Origin: Acidobacteriota bacterium
GTDB lineage: Bacteria; Acidobacteriota; UBA6911; RPQK01; JAJDTT01
Assembly (NCBI GenBank): GCA_965263035.1
Contig: OZ253580.1
Span: 5,568,001-5,632,000 of the forward strand
Direction of reading: 5' to 3'
DNA length: 64,000 nt
Made by a program: the position numbers and the translations under genes. The notes beneath the pieces were generated by a model, which saw only the letters and a program-made list of their open reading frames with translations, made no database searches and was not told where the DNA came from. Below are positions 19,201 to 28,344 of this stretch, piece after piece (within the stretch, counting starts at the first letter, position 1; every line of letters begins with the position of its first letter).

Positions 19201-22147
19201 CCTGGATCGGGTTCGCTCCCGTTCCCGTCGGGATCGTGTAGCCCACCCGCAGTCCCGTCTCTCCATGCTCCACCGCCGGAGTCAGGGTCAGCTCCGCCGC
19301 GCTTCCGCTCACCCGGACGCCGGTGACCGTCCGCGTCTCATTCCCTCCGGTCACGGAGAAGGCGTTGTTCCCCGGTGCCGAAGACGTATCCAGCGGCTCA
19401 CTGTAGGCCAGCGTCAGCATCGTTCCGTTGGCGACGGCGCCGTCGGTGCTCGCCAGTACGGGTTTGATGCCGTCCACCTTCTGCCCGGTGTCGGCCGCCA
19501 CGGCCGAATGGGTCAGGACGGCATTGTTCCTGGCGGTATCCCGGATCGTCCCGCCCGACAAGCTGTCCGCCTCGATGCTCACGCCGTCCGTGTCGCTGTC
19601 GTTGACGGCCACGGTGTAGGCAAATACCACCACCGCCCCCGTGACGCTCTCGTAGTTCGCTGATCGGTCCCTTTCTCCCACCTTCAGCGTCACCCGGGGC
19701 GTCCCGGTCACCACCACCGTCTCGCTGAACGTCACCGTGACCTCGATGAGATCATCCATCGCGTAGGTCTGATCCGACCCCGCATTGGAGGTGATCCTCA
19801 CCGTCTGCACGGTCGGCCCCGTCGTGTCTCCCGTGTTGTTGGTGACCGGTTCGTTGTTCAACTCCTCCGCGGCGTTGCCCACCGTGTCCTCGATCGGGTT
19901 GTCCCCCGCCTGGTAGTTCAACCGGAGGCCGCTCTCTGTGTCCGTTACGGCCGGGTTCAACGTCAACACGACCGAGTTTCCGCTCACCTGGACCCGGGTC
20001 ACCGTCCGCGTCTGACTGCCCCCGGTCACCGAGAAAGCGCTCGCCGCCGGTCTCGAGGAAGAGTTCAGTGGCTCACTATAGGCTAGTGAGAGCGCCGTTC
20101 CGTTCACAACCGCCCCGTCGGTATTGGCCAGCACCGGCAGAATCCCGTCTACTCTGTGCCGGGAATCGGCCGCCACCGCCGCGTGGTCCAAGGTGGCGTT
20201 ATTCCGGGCGCCGTCGCGGATCGTCCCTCCACCGCGCGACAAGCTGTCCGCATCGATACTCACGCCGTCCTCGTCGTTGTCCCCAGTGACCACCCGGTAG
20301 GTGAACTTCACCGCCCGGTTCGAGACGCTCTGGTACTCTGCCGTCCGGTCCCGGCTGCCCACGTTCAGGGTCAGTTCGGGCGTTCCCGTCACCACCACCG
20401 TCTCGTTGAACGTCACCGTCACCTCGATGTCATCGTCCCCGGCGTAGGTTGAATCCGACCCCGCGCTCGAGGTGATCGCCACGGTGCTCACCGTCGGTCC
20501 CGTCGTGTCTCCCGTGACGTTGGTGACCGAGCGGTTGCTCAACCGGTCCGCGTCGTTGCCCGCCTGGTCCTGGATCGGGTTCGCTCCCGTTCCCGTCGGG
20601 ATCGTGTAGCCCACCCGCAGCCCCGTCTCTCCATGCTCCACCGCCGGATCCACGGTCAGCTCCACTGCACTCCCGCTCACCTGGACGTTGGTGACCGTTC
20701 GCGTCTCACTGCCTCCTGTCACGGAGAAGGCGTCGTTCTCCGGGACCGAGGATGGGTCCAATGGCTCGCTGTAGGCCAGCGTCAACATCGTCCCGTTGGC
20801 GACCGCCCCGTCGGTGCTCGCCAGTACGGGTTTGATGCCGTCCACCTGCTGCCCGGTGTCGGCCGCCACGGCCGAATGGGTCAGGACGGCATTGTTCCTG
20901 GCGGTATCCCGGATCGTCCCGCCGGACAGGCTGTCCGCCTCGATGCTCACGCCGTCGGTGTCGCTGTCGTTGACGGCCACGGTGTAGGCAAATACCACCA
21001 CCGCACCCGTGACACTCTCGTAGTTCGCCGATCGATCCCGTTCCCCTACCTTCAGCGTCACCCGGGGCGTCCCGGTCACCATCACGGTCTCGCTGAAGGT
21101 CACTGTCGCCTCGATCACATCGCCGGTCGCGTAGGTGTCCCGGTTGTCTGGAGGATTCGAGGTGATCTCGACGCTGCTTACCGTCGGCGAGGTCGTGTCC
21201 GGCGTGTCGTTGGTCACCGGCTCCTGGCTCAGCGCCTCCGCCTCGTTTCCCGCCACGTCCCGGAGCCGGTTCATCCCAGGCGTGTAGCTCACCGTGATCC
21301 CCGCCTCTTCGTGCTCGGCCGCTGGGTCGAGGGTCAACTCCACCGCGCTTCCGCTCACCCGGACGCCGGTGACCGTCCGCGTCTCATTCCCTCCGGTCAC
21401 GGAGAAGGCGTCGTTCCCCGGTGCCGAAGACGTATCCAGCGGCTCACTGTAGGCCAGCGTCAGCATCGTTCCGTTGGCGACCGCCCCGTCGGTGCTCGCC
21501 AGTACGGGTTTAATGCCGTCCACCTTCTGCCCGGTGTCGGCCGCCACGGCCGAATGGGTCAGGACGGCATTGTTCCTGGCGGTATCCCGGATCGTCCCGC
21601 CCGACAGGCTGTCCGCCTCGATGCTCACGCCGTCCGTGTCGCTGTCGTTGACGGCCACGGTGTAGGCAAATACCACCACCGCCCCCGTGAGGCTCTCGTA
21701 GTTCGCCGATCGGTCCCTTTCTCCCACCTTCAGCGTCACCCGGGGCGTCCCGGTCACCACCACCGTCTCGCTGAAGGTGACCGTCACTTCCATCTCATCC
21801 CCCGGGGCGTAGGTCGCGTCCGGCCCCGGATTCGAGGTGATCGCCACCCTGCTCACCACCGGCGCTTGGGTGTCCACCGCAAACGCCGCGCTCGCCGCCA
21901 GGTTGCCGTTGTTCAAAGGGCCCACCACCGCGCCCGCCGTCACCGTCACCGTCACGTCATCTTCAATGCCGGCGTCCGGCGCGATGTCGAGGGTGTAGAC
22001 CGCCCCCGCGCCCGCGAAGTTCGACCCTGCGCCCTTGGTCACCTCGATCTCATTGGCTGCCAGCCCCGTTACCGGCTCCGAGAAGGTGATCGTCACCGTG
22101 AACCCGTCCTTCGTCGGATGCGTTCCACTACTCGTGATCGACATCAC
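16208..22147 (-). CDS. Central stalk part of giant surface protein B: Ig-like plus eight Ig/SwmB-like repeat pairs
   Basis: ORF track 1979 aa, Thr/Val/Asp-rich; repeated TY..DD.IEVTVTF.ETVVVTGTP and VNG..LTLAY.EPL. No signal peptide, so likely a frameshifted continuation. Confidence 0.82.
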   Translation of the reverse strand: MMSITSSGTHPTKDGFTVTITFSEPVTGLAANEIEVTKGAGSNFAGAGAVYTLDIAPDAGIEDDVTVTVTAGAVVGPLNNGNLAASAAFAVDTQAPVVSRVAITSNPGPDATYAPGDEMEVTVTFSETVVVTGTPRVTLKVGERDRSANYESLTGAVVVFAYTVAVNDSDTDGVSIEADSLSGGTIRDTARNNAVLTHSAVAADTGQKVDGIKPVLASTDGAVANGTMLTLAYSEPLDTSSAPGNDAFSVTGGNETRTVTGVRVSGSAVELTLDPAAEHEEAGITVSYTPGMNRLRDVAGNEAEALSQEPVTNDTPDTTSPTVSSVEITSNPPDNRDTYATGDVIEATVTFSETVMVTGTPRVTLKVGERDRSANYESVTGAVVVFAYTVAVNDSDTDGVSIEADSLSGGTIRDTARNNAVLTHSAVAADTGQQVDGIKPVLASTDGAVANGTMLTLAYSEPLDPSSVPENDAFSVTGGSETRTVTNVQVSGSAVELTVDPAVEHGETGLRVGYTIPTGTGANPIQDQAGNDADRLSNRSVTNVTGDTTGPTVSTVAITSSAGSDSTYAGDDDIEVTVTFNETVVVTGTPELTLNVGSRDRTAEYQSVSNRAVKFTYRVVTGDNDEDGVSIDADSLSRGGGTIRDGARNNATLDHAAVAADSRHRVDGILPVLANTDGAVVNGTALSLAYSEPLNSSSRPAASAFSVTGGSQTRTVTRVQVSGNSVVLTLNPAVTDTESGLRLNYQAGDNPIEDTVGNAAEELNNEPVTNNTGDTTGPTVQTVRITSNAGSDQTYAMDDLIEVTVTFSETVVVTGTPRVTLKVGERDRSANYESVTGAVVVFAYTVAVNDSDTDGVSIEADSLSGGTIRDTARNNAVLTHSAVAADTGQKVDGIKPVLASTDGAVANGTMLTLAYSEPLDTSSAPGNNAFSVTGGNETRTVTGVRVSGSAAELTLTPAVEHGETGLRVGYTIPTGTGANPIQDQAGNDADRLSNRSVTNVTGDTTGPTVEMVRITSSAGSDSTYAVDDSIEVAVTFNETVVVTGTPRLTLNVGGQNRTAEYLSVSGSTVKFEYKVVLSDRDRDGVSIDANSLSRGSGTIRDGARNDATLTHAAVAPDSRHKVDGVKPSLATTDGAVVNGTTLTLAYSEPLNSSSRPAASAFSVTGGSETRTVTRVQVSGNAVFLTLSPAVQDTESGLRLSYQPGSNPIRDLVGNAADELNNQPVTNKTGDTTEPVVETVRITSNAGSDQTYAVDDLIEVTVTFDETVVVTGTPRLTLNVGGRSRTANYQDVTGAAVRFEYKVVSGDAAPYGVRIEANRLSSGTIRDGAQNNAVLNHAPVAADSSHKVDGVKPVLATSDGTVVNGTTLTLAYGEPLDSSSRPSTDDFTVTGGSETRTVRAVRVDGSAVFLTLSSAVTDGESGLRVNYEPGSNPIQDTAGNDADRLSNKSVTNQTGDTAGPVVSMVAITSSAGSDRIYGVDETIEVTVTFDETVVVTGTPEVTLNVGGRNRTAEYQSVSNRAVKFTYRVVTGDNDEDGVSIEANGLSRSGGTIRDGAQNDATLDHNAVADNSSHQVDAVAPVLALTDPAVVNGATLTLTYNEPLNTSSRPATSDFTVAGGNETRTVTRVQVTGSEVRLTVSPAAEYGETGIRVGYESRSNPIQDAIGNDAEAFRDEFVDNRTPDTTAPSIEGIQISSDSGTDETYAVDDMISVTVTYDEPVTVDTIHGTPTLDLLVGTRRKRASASVGPARAAVVFVYTVEKGDEDEDGLSVPRGSIALNGGKILDLADNPAARSYEAVEAQANQKVDASVPGLQSVTVHGLRVALTYDEALDEDSRPARDDFAVTVEGNDRTVIQVQVRGNSVTLTLTSPVAAGETVRVSYTPGFDPIQDEVGNAVEALTDQRADPPLVTIQAKQGSETVMEGATVEFTLTRGPPTEAALTVSLEVTETRSMIKTSDGYEPPDEVEFRTGHGDVGGVDRR
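16480..21860 (-). repeat. About eight tandem ~680-bp repeat units within gene B
   Basis: Equivalent positions near 16720, 17402, 18084, 18762, 19452, 20128, 20820, 21498; units near 19452, 20820 and 21498 are nearly identical. Confidence 0.85.
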
Positions 22148-25131
22148 GGGGGGGCCAGTGGACCGGGGGGGATGACATGCGATACGGGAACTTCCGACAG
22201 CATGGTTCCGCCGGCCGTGCAGATGCCGGCCGAAGCGCAGGACTGGCCGGCAACCAGGGCGAAGGTAATCGGGCCAACGCCCGTGGGAGTCAGGGTGACG
22301 AGATAGGCGTTGGCCGGATCTCCGGGCGCCACATGGGGGCTGATGCCGGCGATCGTGGCGCCGGTGACGCTGACCGATGGCCAGGTGGTGGCGGCAGGGT
22401 CCGGGTCCACCACGGGCCGGCTGAAGGCAACCACCACCTTCGGTGCATCGGTTGGGCCGAGATGGAATGCCGAACTGGCAGGACTCTCGACTATCTCCGC
22501 CCTCAGCGGGCCGGGCGTGTCCGCCAGCGCCACGAACTCCACCGGGTAGGCCCGGGTGGGCTGGACCTGCTCGCTATTGTGGTATTCGGGATGCGTGATC
22601 TTAAAGGCAAGCAGTTCTTCGTTGGTGAGCGGATCGAACTCGGTCAGCGACGCTTCAAGGGGAAGGACCGAGCCGCCCCGGTCATCGCCACGGCCCCAGC
22701 TGATCAGCCAATTGCCGTTGTCCATGCGGTGGATGTGGCCCTGGGCTATCGAGAACCGGTCACAGTCGTTGCCCAGGCAATGATCGCGTACAAAGACCGC
22801 TTCACCGTTGTCGGGGTCGAGCGCATACTCCACGACGCGGCTGAACTCCGAATTCGTTCGTTGGGTATCGCCCGTCTCCGGGTCGGAAAGGCAGTGGTTG
22901 CCGTTGTCGAAGAGCAGGAGATGCCCGTTGGGTATCAGCCGTGCGGAATGCTGCCCGCAGAACTCTCCGTGGGGATCGCCGACGATCTTGAGCGGCGCCG
23001 GCATGCCGAGATCCTCCCACTCCGCGTCGCTCCGGTTGCTGCGTCCCAACAGCCATTCCGGGTCTTTCGTTTCGCGGTCGATCCGCCACACCTGCGAGCA
23101 GCCGCGGAACGAGGCGATGATGTCCGCCTCGTCCACGACCTGCACCGAGTTGATATGAGCGTAGTCATTCGGGAAGCGGTGCTGTCGACAATCGTTCAGG
23201 TACATGTGGTCCCACGAGTTCCAGAAGAAGGCGCGCCTTTCCGCCGGGGTCACTTCTTCGATGACCGAGTCCTCCGTTGCCTGCGTGGTGCTGTATGGAT
23301 TGTCGTCCTCATCGGTATAGGCGCTGAAGTCATGAAAGGCGGGCTCGTAGGCCATGAAGACGTAGTTGCCGTTCTCTCTGATCGCAAAGTCGTGACCGCC
23401 AGTCACCGTGAGCGCAGGAGTAGTCGCGACCCGTTCCACTTCTTCCAGATTCTCGTCAAGGATGACGATTTGGCTGGCGGTCCAGTAAGAGTATGGATAC
23501 CTTCCGTCGGGGTGGGCCTTGAAATGGGTCGCACGCCTGTTGAGGCGCCGTTGCCAGCGCGGAACGCCGTTGGCATCGATAATCGCCAGATAGGTGGAGT
23601 GAGTCTGGCGTCCGGGTCCAATTTGTGCATAGACCGAGATCAGCTCGGTTGAAGCTCCCGGTTCCTTGATTGTGCGTTCGATGGCCGAATTCCTGCTATC
23701 CATGCAGTGCACAACGTAGGTCGTACTCGTGCCGTTGCTGCCGGTCGTGAGGATAATCCGGACATCGCTGTCCCCCTCCACCGGTACCTCAACGGTCGCA
23801 TTCTTGTCGTTCGCCTGCACCCCGTTGACGGCGACGCGCGTTCCCTCGTTTTTTGCGGAGAAGGTCAGCGTCATAGTGTCGTTGTCCGTGCATCCGACGG
23901 CGTAGTGGAGAATGTCGGCACTGAAAGCGGGTCGCATATTCCATCTGTCAGGGTCGGCCGTCGAGGTGGCTGTCGTCACGTTGAGGTGATCGAGAAGCTC
24001 CGCGGTCACGACCTCAGCCGAGACGGCGCGGGCGCTTTGGCCGGCAGTGTGGGAGTGGGTGTAGTCTGCCGTCACCCGCAGGTAGGCGCCCGTATCGGCG
24101 GCCGTCGGCGTGTAGCTGGCTGCCGTCTCTCCGTCGATGACCACCCAGGTGTTGCGGCCCACTGAGCGCTCCCACTGCCAGGTAGGCGTGCCGCTGCCCT
24201 CATCCGGGTCGCTCAGCGTCGCCCTCACGGCCGTACCGAGCTGGGGCCGCGCCGTGTCCAGCGAGATTGCGCCATCCTCGTTCTCGTCGGTGACCGTGAC
24301 GGTCACACGCAGGGGATCCAGATTGGTGAAAGGGGTGCCGGCTCCGGCCAACACGGTCACCTCGTAGGCGTTGTCGATGTCCTCGTCGTCGGGCGCTTCG
24401 TAGTCCGGCAGCTTGGGGAAGGGGTTGTCGCCGTCCGGGTCGATGTGGAAGCGAAGGACGCCCCGTGGGTTGTCGATGCTGAAGTGGTCCTTGTCGTCTC
24501 CGGTGAGAATCCACGTGATGCCGTCCCGGTCCGCCTCAGACGAGGCGGTGTAGGTGGCCACCCGAGTGGCCCCGTTCTCGGCGTACGGAACTGCGGCCGG
24601 CCCGGTTACCTCGGTTGCCAGTTCGATGACGTTCTCGACCGTCACGCGGATATCCGCAGTGACCGTGTTGTCGTTGTCGCTGACCTGCACGGTGATTTCA
24701 TAGGTCCGGTCGCCGTCGGCGTCGTCCGGGTTTTCATAGTCCTTGACGGCACTGAAAGCCAGGACACCGGTGGAACTGAGCGTGAACTTGTCCGCGTCCG
24801 CGCCTCCCCTGCCGTCCTGTGGAATCGTCCAGACCAGTTGGTCGCTTGCCGTGTCCTCGTCCGACGCGGTGAGGGTCGCCACCGCCGTTGTTCCCTCGGC
24901 AACGGTGAATGGCCCGCCACTGGTAATCTCGGGTGCTGCCTGCGCCTGTGCGTCCGTGTTGGAGGGGAGGAAGAGCACGAGCGCAAACAGATAGACTGCA
25001 CTGCGGCTCGGGGTGCAGCCCTTGAGAGCCGCGATGACGGATCGCAGAAACATCGGCAAGGCGACGCGAAGGAAAAGGGAGGTCCGGCGGGTGCACGACA
25101 AAAAAGTGACGACTGGATCAGGCTGCGGCAT
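22144..25131 (-). CDS. N-terminal part of giant surface protein B: signal peptide, cadherin domains, cadherin-like beta-sandwich, arylsulfotransferase (ASST)-like domain
   Basis: ORF track 22144-25254; real start uncertain (25131 or 25053). Hydrophobic AVYLFALVLFLP..AQA; cadherin DYENPDDADGD; ASST-like motifs GGHDF, DYAHINSV, CGQHSARL, LLLFDNGN. Confidence 0.8.
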   Translation of the reverse strand: MPQPDPVVTFLSCTRRTSLFLRVALPMFLRSVIAALKGCTPSRSAVYLFALVLFLPSNTDAQAQAAPEITSGGPFTVAEGTTAVATLTASDEDTASDQLVWTIPQDGRGGADADKFTLSSTGVLAFSAVKDYENPDDADGDRTYEITVQVSDNDNTVTADIRVTVENVIELATEVTGPAAVPYAENGATRVATYTASSEADRDGITWILTGDDKDHFSIDNPRGVLRFHIDPDGDNPFPKLPDYEAPDDEDIDNAYEVTVLAGAGTPFTNLDPLRVTVTVTDENEDGAISLDTARPQLGTAVRATLSDPDEGSGTPTWQWERSVGRNTWVVIDGETAASYTPTAADTGAYLRVTADYTHSHTAGQSARAVSAEVVTAELLDHLNVTTATSTADPDRWNMRPAFSADILHYAVGCTDNDTMTLTFSAKNEGTRVAVNGVQANDKNATVEVPVEGDSDVRIILTTGSNGTSTTYVVHCMDSRNSAIERTIKEPGASTELISVYAQIGPGRQTHSTYLAIIDANGVPRWQRRLNRRATHFKAHPDGRYPYSYWTASQIVILDENLEEVERVATTPALTVTGGHDFAIRENGNYVFMAYEPAFHDFSAYTDEDDNPYSTTQATEDSVIEEVTPAERRAFFWNSWDHMYLNDCRQHRFPNDYAHINSVQVVDEADIIASFRGCSQVWRIDRETKDPEWLLGRSNRSDAEWEDLGMPAPLKIVGDPHGEFCGQHSARLIPNGHLLLFDNGNHCLSDPETGDTQRTNSEFSRVVEYALDPDNGEAVFVRDHCLGNDCDRFSIAQGHIHRMDNGNWLISWGRGDDRGGSVLPLEASLTEFDPLTNEELLAFKITHPEYHNSEQVQPTRAYPVEFVALADTPGPLRAEIVESPASSAFHLGPTDAPKVVVAFSRPVVDPDPAATTWPSVSVTGATIAGISPHVAPGDPANAYLVTLTPTGVGPITFALVAGQSCASAGICTAGGTMLSEVPVSHVIPPGPLAPP

Positions 25132-25274
25132 TGAAATCGGCTCGCCATTCCCAGAAGTCACCAAAACGCCCACTGAGTCGAACGCACCGAAGGGCCATGA
25201 TCGAATGAGCTCCCCGCACACTCCAATGCATCCCGGAACGTTTGAGTCGTGCACCGATGGCGCTAAGGATGTAC

Positions 25275-25584
25275 GCTCTCATCCGGCATATCTTTAGACT
25301 CTTACCAGGCAGGGGGCTCCGAGCTGATGTGCGCTGTCTCTCCACATGGTGAGTTCCGTACAATAGACAATGTGTCAATTGTACGGAGGAACCCGGACGA
25401 TCTTGGAACACAAACATGAAATCTGAGTGAAAATTTGGCTGTATTAGTGATAATATGGTGAAATATTCCACCCGGACCGCTCTCGCCGGCGGCGACTGAG
25501 CGCGGCGCACCCGGATCCTCCGTCGAAACGACGCCGGGGGACGGGGCACCGAAGTTGGCTCCGGGGTCTGACGAGGTTGGGAAA
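25275..25584. promoter_or_regulatory. Divergent control region, copy B, with palindrome at 25355-25387
   Basis: AT-rich intergenic segment between divergent genes; tccgtacaat-a-gaca-atg-tgtc-a-attgtacgga. Confidence 0.8.
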
Positions 25585-27927
25585 ATGAAGAGTGGCGACG
25601 AATTGAGGCGAGAAAACGACGCGCTACGAGAGCGCATCTCCCGGCTGAGCGCCGCCATCCTGCGTATCAGCGCGACCCTCGACGTCGGCGCCGTCCTGCG
25701 CGAGGTCGTGGACAGCGCCCGCGCGTTGACCGGCGCCCGCTACGGCGTGATTGCGACCATCGACGACGCGGGGCGGCCCCAGGAATTCGTCTCGTCCGGC
25801 CTCACTGCGGAAGAGCACCAACGGCTGGCGAACTGGTCCGGCGGGACGCAGCTCTTCGAGCACCTGCGGGGGCTTCGGGGAACGTTGAGACTTCGAGATC
25901 TGCCCGATTATTCCACCGCGCTCGGCCATCTCCCGAACCTGATGGGGTCGAAGACCATCCAGGGAGCGCCCATGCGTCATCGGGGCGTGCAAGTCGGCAA
26001 CTTCTTTCTCGGCGGGAAGGAGGGAGAGCAGGAGTTCACGAGCGAGGACGAAGAGACCCTGGTGCTGTTCGCATCTCAGGCGGCGACGGCCATCGCCAAC
26101 GCCCGTACGCACCGGGACGAGCAGCGGGCCCGGGCTGACCTGGAGGTCCTGGTCGACACCTCGCCGGTGGGCGTGGTGGTCATGGAGGCCAGGACCGCCA
26201 AGCCGGTATCGTTCAATCGGGAAGCGATGCGGATCGTGGAAGGTCTGTTCACACCGGGTCAATCCACGGAGCAGTGGCTGGAGGTTGTGACCTGCCGGTT
26301 CGGCGACGGGCGGGAGTTCTCCGCAAGAAAGTTCCCGCTGGAGCAAGTGCTGAGCAACGCTACCCAGGTACGCGCCGAGGAGATCGTCCTCCGGGTCCCC
26401 GACGGCCGGAGTGTCACGACGCTGTTCAATGCCTCGCCGGTCCGTTCCGAGGACGGCACGGTCGAGTCCGTGATCGTCACCCTTCAGGACTTGGCTCCTC
26501 TGAAGGAGCTGGAGCGGTTGCGGGCCGAGTTCCTGGGTATGGTGAGCCACGAACTACGGGTTCCGCTGACCTCCATCAAGGGCTCGGCCGCCACCGCGCT
26601 GCGGGCGTCGCCGACCCCGGACCCGGCCGTAGTGCAGCAGTTCCTCCGCATCATCGATGAGCAGGCCGATCACATGCACAGCCTGATCGACGATCTGCTG
26701 GATGCGGGTCGCATCGAGGCGGGCACGCTGGCGGTCGGCCCCGAGCCCACGGAGGTGGCCAGCTTGGTGGAACAGGCCAGGAACATGTTTCTGAGTGGAG
26801 AAGGCCGGCACCCCGTCCAGATCGACCTGCCGCCGGATCTGCCCCGGGTGATGGCCGACCGCGGCCGCATCGTCCAGGTATTGACCAACCTTTTGTCCAA
26901 CGCGGCCCGGCACTCGCCCGAGTCATCCCCCATCCGGGTTGCCGCGGAGCGGGAGGGCGTTCACGTGGCGATCTCGGTTTCCGACAAAGGCCAAGGGGTA
27001 CCGCTGGATCAGCTGCCGCACCTGTTCCGGAAGTCCGCGCGTGTTGGCGGTGATCGCGGGATCAGGGGATCCGGTCTGGGTCTGGCCATCTGCAAGGGTC
27101 TGGTGGAGGCCCACGGGGGGCGCATCCGCGCCGAGAGTGGCGGGACGGGCCTGGGCACGCGGTTCACCTTCACGATTCCGGTGGCGGAAGACGCCGCGCC
27201 CGGCTTCGCCCGGAGCTCTTCCGGCCCGCCTCGTGAAGGGGGGGAACGAACCCGCATCCTGGTGGTGGACGACGACCCGCAGACGCTCCGCTACGTGCGG
27301 GACGCGCTGACGGCCGCTGGCTACTCCCCCCTGGTGACGGGCGATCCTCAGGAGGTGTCCGGCCTGATCAAGTCGAAGAAGCCCCGGCTGGTGCTCCTGG
27401 ACCTGATACTGCCCGGGATCGACGGCATCGAGTTGATGGAGCGGGTCCCCGAGATGGCAGATCTCCCGGTCCTCTTCATCTCCGGCTACGGACGGGACGA
27501 GACGATCGCCCGGGCCCTGGAGGCCGGGGCCGCCGATTACATCGTCAAGCCCTTCTCGCCGACGGAGCTGACGGCGAGAGTCCGGGCGGCCCTGCGCCGG
27601 CGCGACGAGCCGCCCGAACCCTTCCGGTTGGAGGATTTGGCCATCCACTACGAGGAACGCCGGGTGACCGTCGCCGGCCGTCCGGTGCATCTGACGACCA
27701 CGGAATACAATCTGCTGTGCGTGCTCTCGGTCAATGCCGGACGGGTCATGACGTACGATTCCCTGCTGCGCCAAGTGTGGAGCCGGGAAGATTCCGGCGA
27801 CGTGCGGCCGGTGCGCGCCTTCGTGAAGATCCTCCGCCGCAAGCTGGGCGATGACGCCGCCAACCCGACCTATATCTTCAACGAGCGCCGGGTCGGCTAC
27901 CGCATGGTCAGACCCGGCGGCCGGTGA
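25585..27927 (+). CDS. Fused cytoplasmic hybrid regulator GAF-PAS-HisKA-HATPase-REC-OmpR-type winged helix
   Basis: H-box VSHELRVPLTSI, N-box NLLSNA, G-boxes DKGQG and GSGLGL, receiver LVVDDD/LLDL/KPF, C-terminal HLTTTEY..LRRKLG..ERRVGY; no TM segment visible. Confidence 0.92.
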   Translation: MKSGDELRRENDALRERISRLSAAILRISATLDVGAVLREVVDSARALTGARYGVIATIDDAGRPQEFVSSGLTAEEHQRLANWSGGTQLFEHLRGLRGTLRLRDLPDYSTALGHLPNLMGSKTIQGAPMRHRGVQVGNFFLGGKEGEQEFTSEDEETLVLFASQAATAIANARTHRDEQRARADLEVLVDTSPVGVVVMEARTAKPVSFNREAMRIVEGLFTPGQSTEQWLEVVTCRFGDGREFSARKFPLEQVLSNATQVRAEEIVLRVPDGRSVTTLFNASPVRSEDGTVESVIVTLQDLAPLKELERLRAEFLGMVSHELRVPLTSIKGSAATALRASPTPDPAVVQQFLRIIDEQADHMHSLIDDLLDAGRIEAGTLAVGPEPTEVASLVEQARNMFLSGEGRHPVQIDLPPDLPRVMADRGRIVQVLTNLLSNAARHSPESSPIRVAAEREGVHVAISVSDKGQGVPLDQLPHLFRKSARVGGDRGIRGSGLGLAICKGLVEAHGGRIRAESGGTGLGTRFTFTIPVAEDAAPGFARSSSGPPREGGERTRILVVDDDPQTLRYVRDALTAAGYSPLVTGDPQEVSGLIKSKKPRLVLLDLILPGIDGIELMERVPEMADLPVLFISGYGRDETIARALEAGAADYIVKPFSPTELTARVRAALRRRDEPPEPFRLEDLAIHYEERRVTVAGRPVHLTTTEYNLLCVLSVNAGRVMTYDSLLRQVWSREDSGDVRPVRAFVKILRRKLGDDAANPTYIFNERRVGYRMVRPGGR

Positions 27928-28017
27928 GTCCCCCCCTTTCCTCACGACTCCTTTTCCCCCAGCGACGTGAAGCGGGGCAACCTGCGCGGGAACCCGGGGG
28001 GCAGGGAAATGGGTTAG

Positions 28018-28344
28018 GGAAGGTCTGATTAAGTCAGCGGCCTTCACGATAATTCTTCCATCGTCATTGAGTGGAGGGATAGAGGATGGAGCACTGGAGC
28101 GGCAAGGACTGCGGCTGAGCCCGGGGACGATCATGGACGTGCGCATCCTGGTGGCCCCTTCGTCGACCAAGAACCGGGAGCGGGCGCGGGACCCGGAGAT
28201 GCACCAGACGAAAAAGGGGAACAGTGGAATTTCGGGATGAAGGCGCATCTGGGGGTGGACGCAGAGGCGGGGCTGACGCACACGGTGGTGACGGCTCCGG
28301 CCAACCAACATGACGTGACGCAGGCGCCCCAGTTGATGCACGGG
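28018..28344 (+). mobile_element. IS5-family (IS5 subgroup) remnant: terminal IR plus frameshifted internal transposase fragment
   Basis: TTAG then GGAAGGTCTGATTAAG (IS5-like IR and YTAR target); fragment [22 protein letters not shown] / [32 protein letters not shown]. Confidence 0.85.

Noticed and set aside
2630-21860. Repeats as a CRISPR array or DGR template/variable regions
   Set aside because: Units are long in-frame coding domains with no spacers; no cas or reverse transcriptase genes seen.
483-22306. Long plus-strand ORFs (920, 491, 1065, 557 aa and others)
   Set aside because: Antisense shadows of the GC-rich repetitive minus-strand genes; Arg/His-rich or mirror sequences with no motifs.
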